A stretch of DNA of 64,000 nt from Acidobacteriota bacterium (GTDB taxonomy: Bacteria > Acidobacteriota > UBA890 > WLXD01): the NCBI GenBank assembly GCA_965248695.1, contig CBDFKD010000002.1, forward strand, positions 1,504,001 to 1,568,000, given 5' to 3'. The number at the start of each line of letters is the position of its first letter. The first letter of the stretch is position 1. Position numbers and translations under genes: made by a program. This document shows positions 61,674 to 64,000 of this stretch, in pieces. The notes under the pieces are model-generated. The model was not told the origin of the DNA. It saw nothing but the letters and a program-made list of their open reading frames with translations, and searched no databases.

Positions 61674-63647
61674 ATGCGCACCGCGCTGCGACTCCTGGTC
61701 GCCATCGTCTCCGTCTTGTCTCTTGTCACCGCTGCATCGGCGCAGCAAGTCGCCGCGCGCCAGCCGCCCGACGCAACCCAGGAGGACGAGCTTTGTGTCC
61801 GTCAGGATGCGTTGCGCGTCCATCAGGATGCGTTGCGCGTCTGTCAGGATGCGTTGCGCGTCGACGAGCTCGTCCTCGTCACCGCCAACCGCATCGAGGA
61901 AACGCTCGGCGCAGTCGGTAGCAGCGCCACCGTCATCACGGCGGCAGAGATACGTTCCAGCGGCGCCACCTGGCTGATGGACGTGTTGGCGCGAGTGCCG
62001 GGAATAACGGTGGCCCGCAGCGGCGGGCCCGGCTCCACCACGACCGTGTTCACCCGTGGCACGAACTCCAACCACACGCTCGTGCTGTTCAACGGGCTGA
62101 AGGCCAACAGCCCCACAACCGGCGCCTACGATTGGGCGTACCTGCCGGCGTCACGCATCGAACGCGTCGAGATCGTTCGCGGTCCGCAGAGCACCTTGTA
62201 CGGATCGGAGGCCGTGGGCGGCGTCATCAACGTCATTACGCGCCGCGGCGGCGATGCGACCGTCCTCGACCTGACGGTAGAGGGCGGAGCTTTCGGAACC
62301 CTGCGCGCCGACGTCAGCCTCGCGGGCGAAACCGAATCGAGCTGGTACTCGCTCGGCCTCGACACCTTCAACAGCGACAACCTCTCCGCCGCAGACACTC
62401 GCAACGGCAATGAGGAGCGTGACCGCTTCCGCAACACGGCAATCGACGCTCGCGGCGGCAGGCGTTTCGACGGCGGCTTCACCCTCGAGGGTTTCCTGAC
62501 CCACTTTGACGGCGTGACTCGCTTCGACCAGTTCGACTTTCAGGCCGGACCCGTCGACGACCCCAACGCGCTGCAGGATGCGCAGGAGACCTATGGCGGG
62601 ATCGTGATGGGCTACGAGCGCGGCATCTATGCCGGCAAGCTGACCATCTCCGCCACGGAGCAGGGCATCGGCACTTCCAACCCTGACGGCTTCACCGTGT
62701 CTTCGTCGATCGACGCGTCGATGCGTGAGATCGATTTCCAGAGCGATCTTCGATTCGACGACCACAACACGACCGTGGTGGGTATCGAGCACCGCCGTGA
62801 AACGGCTACTGTCGAGAGCCGGTCGAGCTTCGGTTCCAGCGGCTTCGACGAGTCCCTCCACGTTACTGGCCTGTACGCCCAACATCGATGGTCATGGCGC
62901 GATCGGCTGCACGTGGCGGCAGGGCTTCGTTACGAGGATCACGAGCGTTTCGGTGACGAGACCACCTATCGCCTCACTGCGGCATACAACGGTCCCTCCG
63001 GAATGCGACTCCACGGTTCAGTGGGCAGCGCCTTCCGTGCCCCCAACTTCAACGAGCTCTATTTCCCCGGATTCGGCAACCCCGACCTCGGACCGGAGTC
63101 GAGCCGCGGATGGGACATAGGAGCCAGCGGGACGTTCATCGGTGGACTCCTCAGCGTCGACGCCACCTGGTTCCGTAACGAACTCGACAGCCTGATCGAG
63201 TTCGCCTTCCCGGCTGGCTTCGTCAACCTCGGGGCCGCCACCACGCAGGGCCTCGAGCTGACCACCGGCCTGCTACCCCATCGTGGCGTGCGCCTCGACG
63301 CCAACTACACCTACACCGACGCCAGGACCGCCAGCGGTGATCAGCTCCTGAGACGACCGGAGCACGAGGCAGCTGTCATGTTGCGCGTTCGCCCGCGAGC
63401 GGCCCTGAGCTGGTTCACTGAGCTGCGGTTCAAGGGCGCTCGTAATGACTTCGGAACGGTCGACACTGTCCGATTGGACGCCTACACCCTATGGAACGCT
63501 GCCGCCCAATGGCAGGTAACCGGCGGCGTCGAGCTCATCGGTCGGATCGACAACATCGCCGACCGGCCGTACCAGGAGATCTGGGGGTTCGGTACGCCCG
63601 GGCGCAGCGCCTACGTCGGATTGCGCTTCTCGCTGAGAGGTGGCTAG
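61674..63647 (+). CDS. btuB: TonB-dependent vitamin B12 receptor
   Basis: VLVTANR TonB box, RGTNSNHTLVL, IERVEIVRGPQSTLYG, FRAPN; riboswitch upstream; GGAGG RBS. Confidence 0.9.
   Translation: MRTALRLLVAIVSVLSLVTAASAQQVAARQPPDATQEDELCVRQDALRVHQDALRVCQDALRVDELVLVTANRIEETLGAVGSSATVITAAEIRSSGATWLMDVLARVPGITVARSGGPGSTTTVFTRGTNSNHTLVLFNGLKANSPTTGAYDWAYLPASRIERVEIVRGPQSTLYGSEAVGGVINVITRRGGDATVLDLTVEGGAFGTLRADVSLAGETESSWYSLGLDTFNSDNLSAADTRNGNEERDRFRNTAIDARGGRRFDGGFTLEGFLTHFDGVTRFDQFDFQAGPVDDPNALQDAQETYGGIVMGYERGIYAGKLTISATEQGIGTSNPDGFTVSSSIDASMREIDFQSDLRFDDHNTTVVGIEHRRETATVESRSSFGSSGFDESLHVTGLYAQHRWSWRDRLHVAAGLRYEDHERFGDETTYRLTAAYNGPSGMRLHGSVGSAFRAPNFNELYFPGFGNPDLGPESSRGWDIGASGTFIGGLLSVDATWFRNELDSLIEFAFPAGFVNLGAATTQGLELTTGLLPHRGVRLDANYTYTDARTASGDQLLRRPEHEAAVMLRVRPRAALSWFTELRFKGARNDFGTVDTVRLDAYTLWNAAAQWQVTGGVELIGRIDNIADRPYQEIWGFGTPGRSAYVGLRFSLRGG
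61802..61862 (+). repeat. In-frame 21-bp tandem repeat, 3 copies
   Basis: TCAGGATGCGTTGCGCGTC at 61802, 61823 and 61844; encodes QDALRV(H/C). Confidence 0.92.
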
Positions 63648-63670
63648 GCTGGTCGAGTCATCCCTCCAGG

Positions 63671-64000
63671 CTAGCGCGGCCTCAGAGCAGTCAACAACAC
63701 CACCAGGGCGCCCGTGCCACCGTTGGCGCGAGAGGTGCCGACAACCACCGTCTCGCCAACATGGATACCGAATGAGGAGCCCAGCAGGTGACGCGCATCA
63801 CCGAGCAGCGCCTGTGGTATCTCGCCGGTCTGGCCCCCAACGCCGGTGTAGTGAATCGGCCGGTGCGACAGTTCGAAGTGCTCGATCATCAATCCCTCGA
63901 CACGTTGCGGGTCACCATGGAACCGCATCTCGACCTGGAAGGAACCCATCGTCCCGAGGCTCGTCGTGGCGTACGAGGCGGTGCGCAACCAGCCGGAGTC
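63671..64000 (-). CDS. Hypothetical protein, C-terminal part; start outside window
   Basis: Frame open to the window edge; ends VGETVVVGTSRANGGTGALVVLLTA. Confidence 0.55.
   Translation of the reverse strand, partial: DSGWLRTASYATTSLGTMGSFQVEMRFHGDPQRVEGLMIEHFELSHRPIHYTGVGGQTGEIPQALLGDARHLLGSSFGIHVGETVVVGTSRANGGTGALVVLLTALRPR

Noticed and set aside
61802-61862. CRISPR array
   Set aside because: Units are separated by only 2 nt, lie in frame in btuB, and no cas genes are present.

Overview
GC-rich (roughly 65-70% by eye) bacterial chromosomal window. An Acidobacteriota-like origin is inferred from ADOP-type permeases with PadR, Ser/Thr kinase-TolB paralogs, a VWA/TPR protein and a VPS10-type hydrolase. 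The left 18.7 kb is a decaying tandem array of receptor-like Ser/Thr kinase genes: one intact, one doubly frameshifted, one truncated, two 5' stubs and one orphan 3' tail. Four copies share a promoter-like leader whose -10 element ends 33 nt before the ATG. Unrelated metabolic cargo genes are interleaved, and a 30-bp imperfect direct repeat brackets the block. The rest is mixed housekeeping and accessory content: rpmB, Sfp, amidase and SSS transporter, a 281-bp MITE with CTAG flanks, two Tat-exported GH99-like proteins, a cytochrome c-PCuAC fusion with SCO, a Pmp-repeat lipoprotein, malic enzyme, pepE, an oxidoreductase-SelD fusion, sdaA, a haloalkane dehalogenase and a cobalamin riboswitch ahead of btuB. 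No rRNA, complete tRNA, CRISPR array, integrase or transposase was seen. Several frameshifts or stops may be sequencing errors. All calls come from motif recognition by eye; no searches were run.
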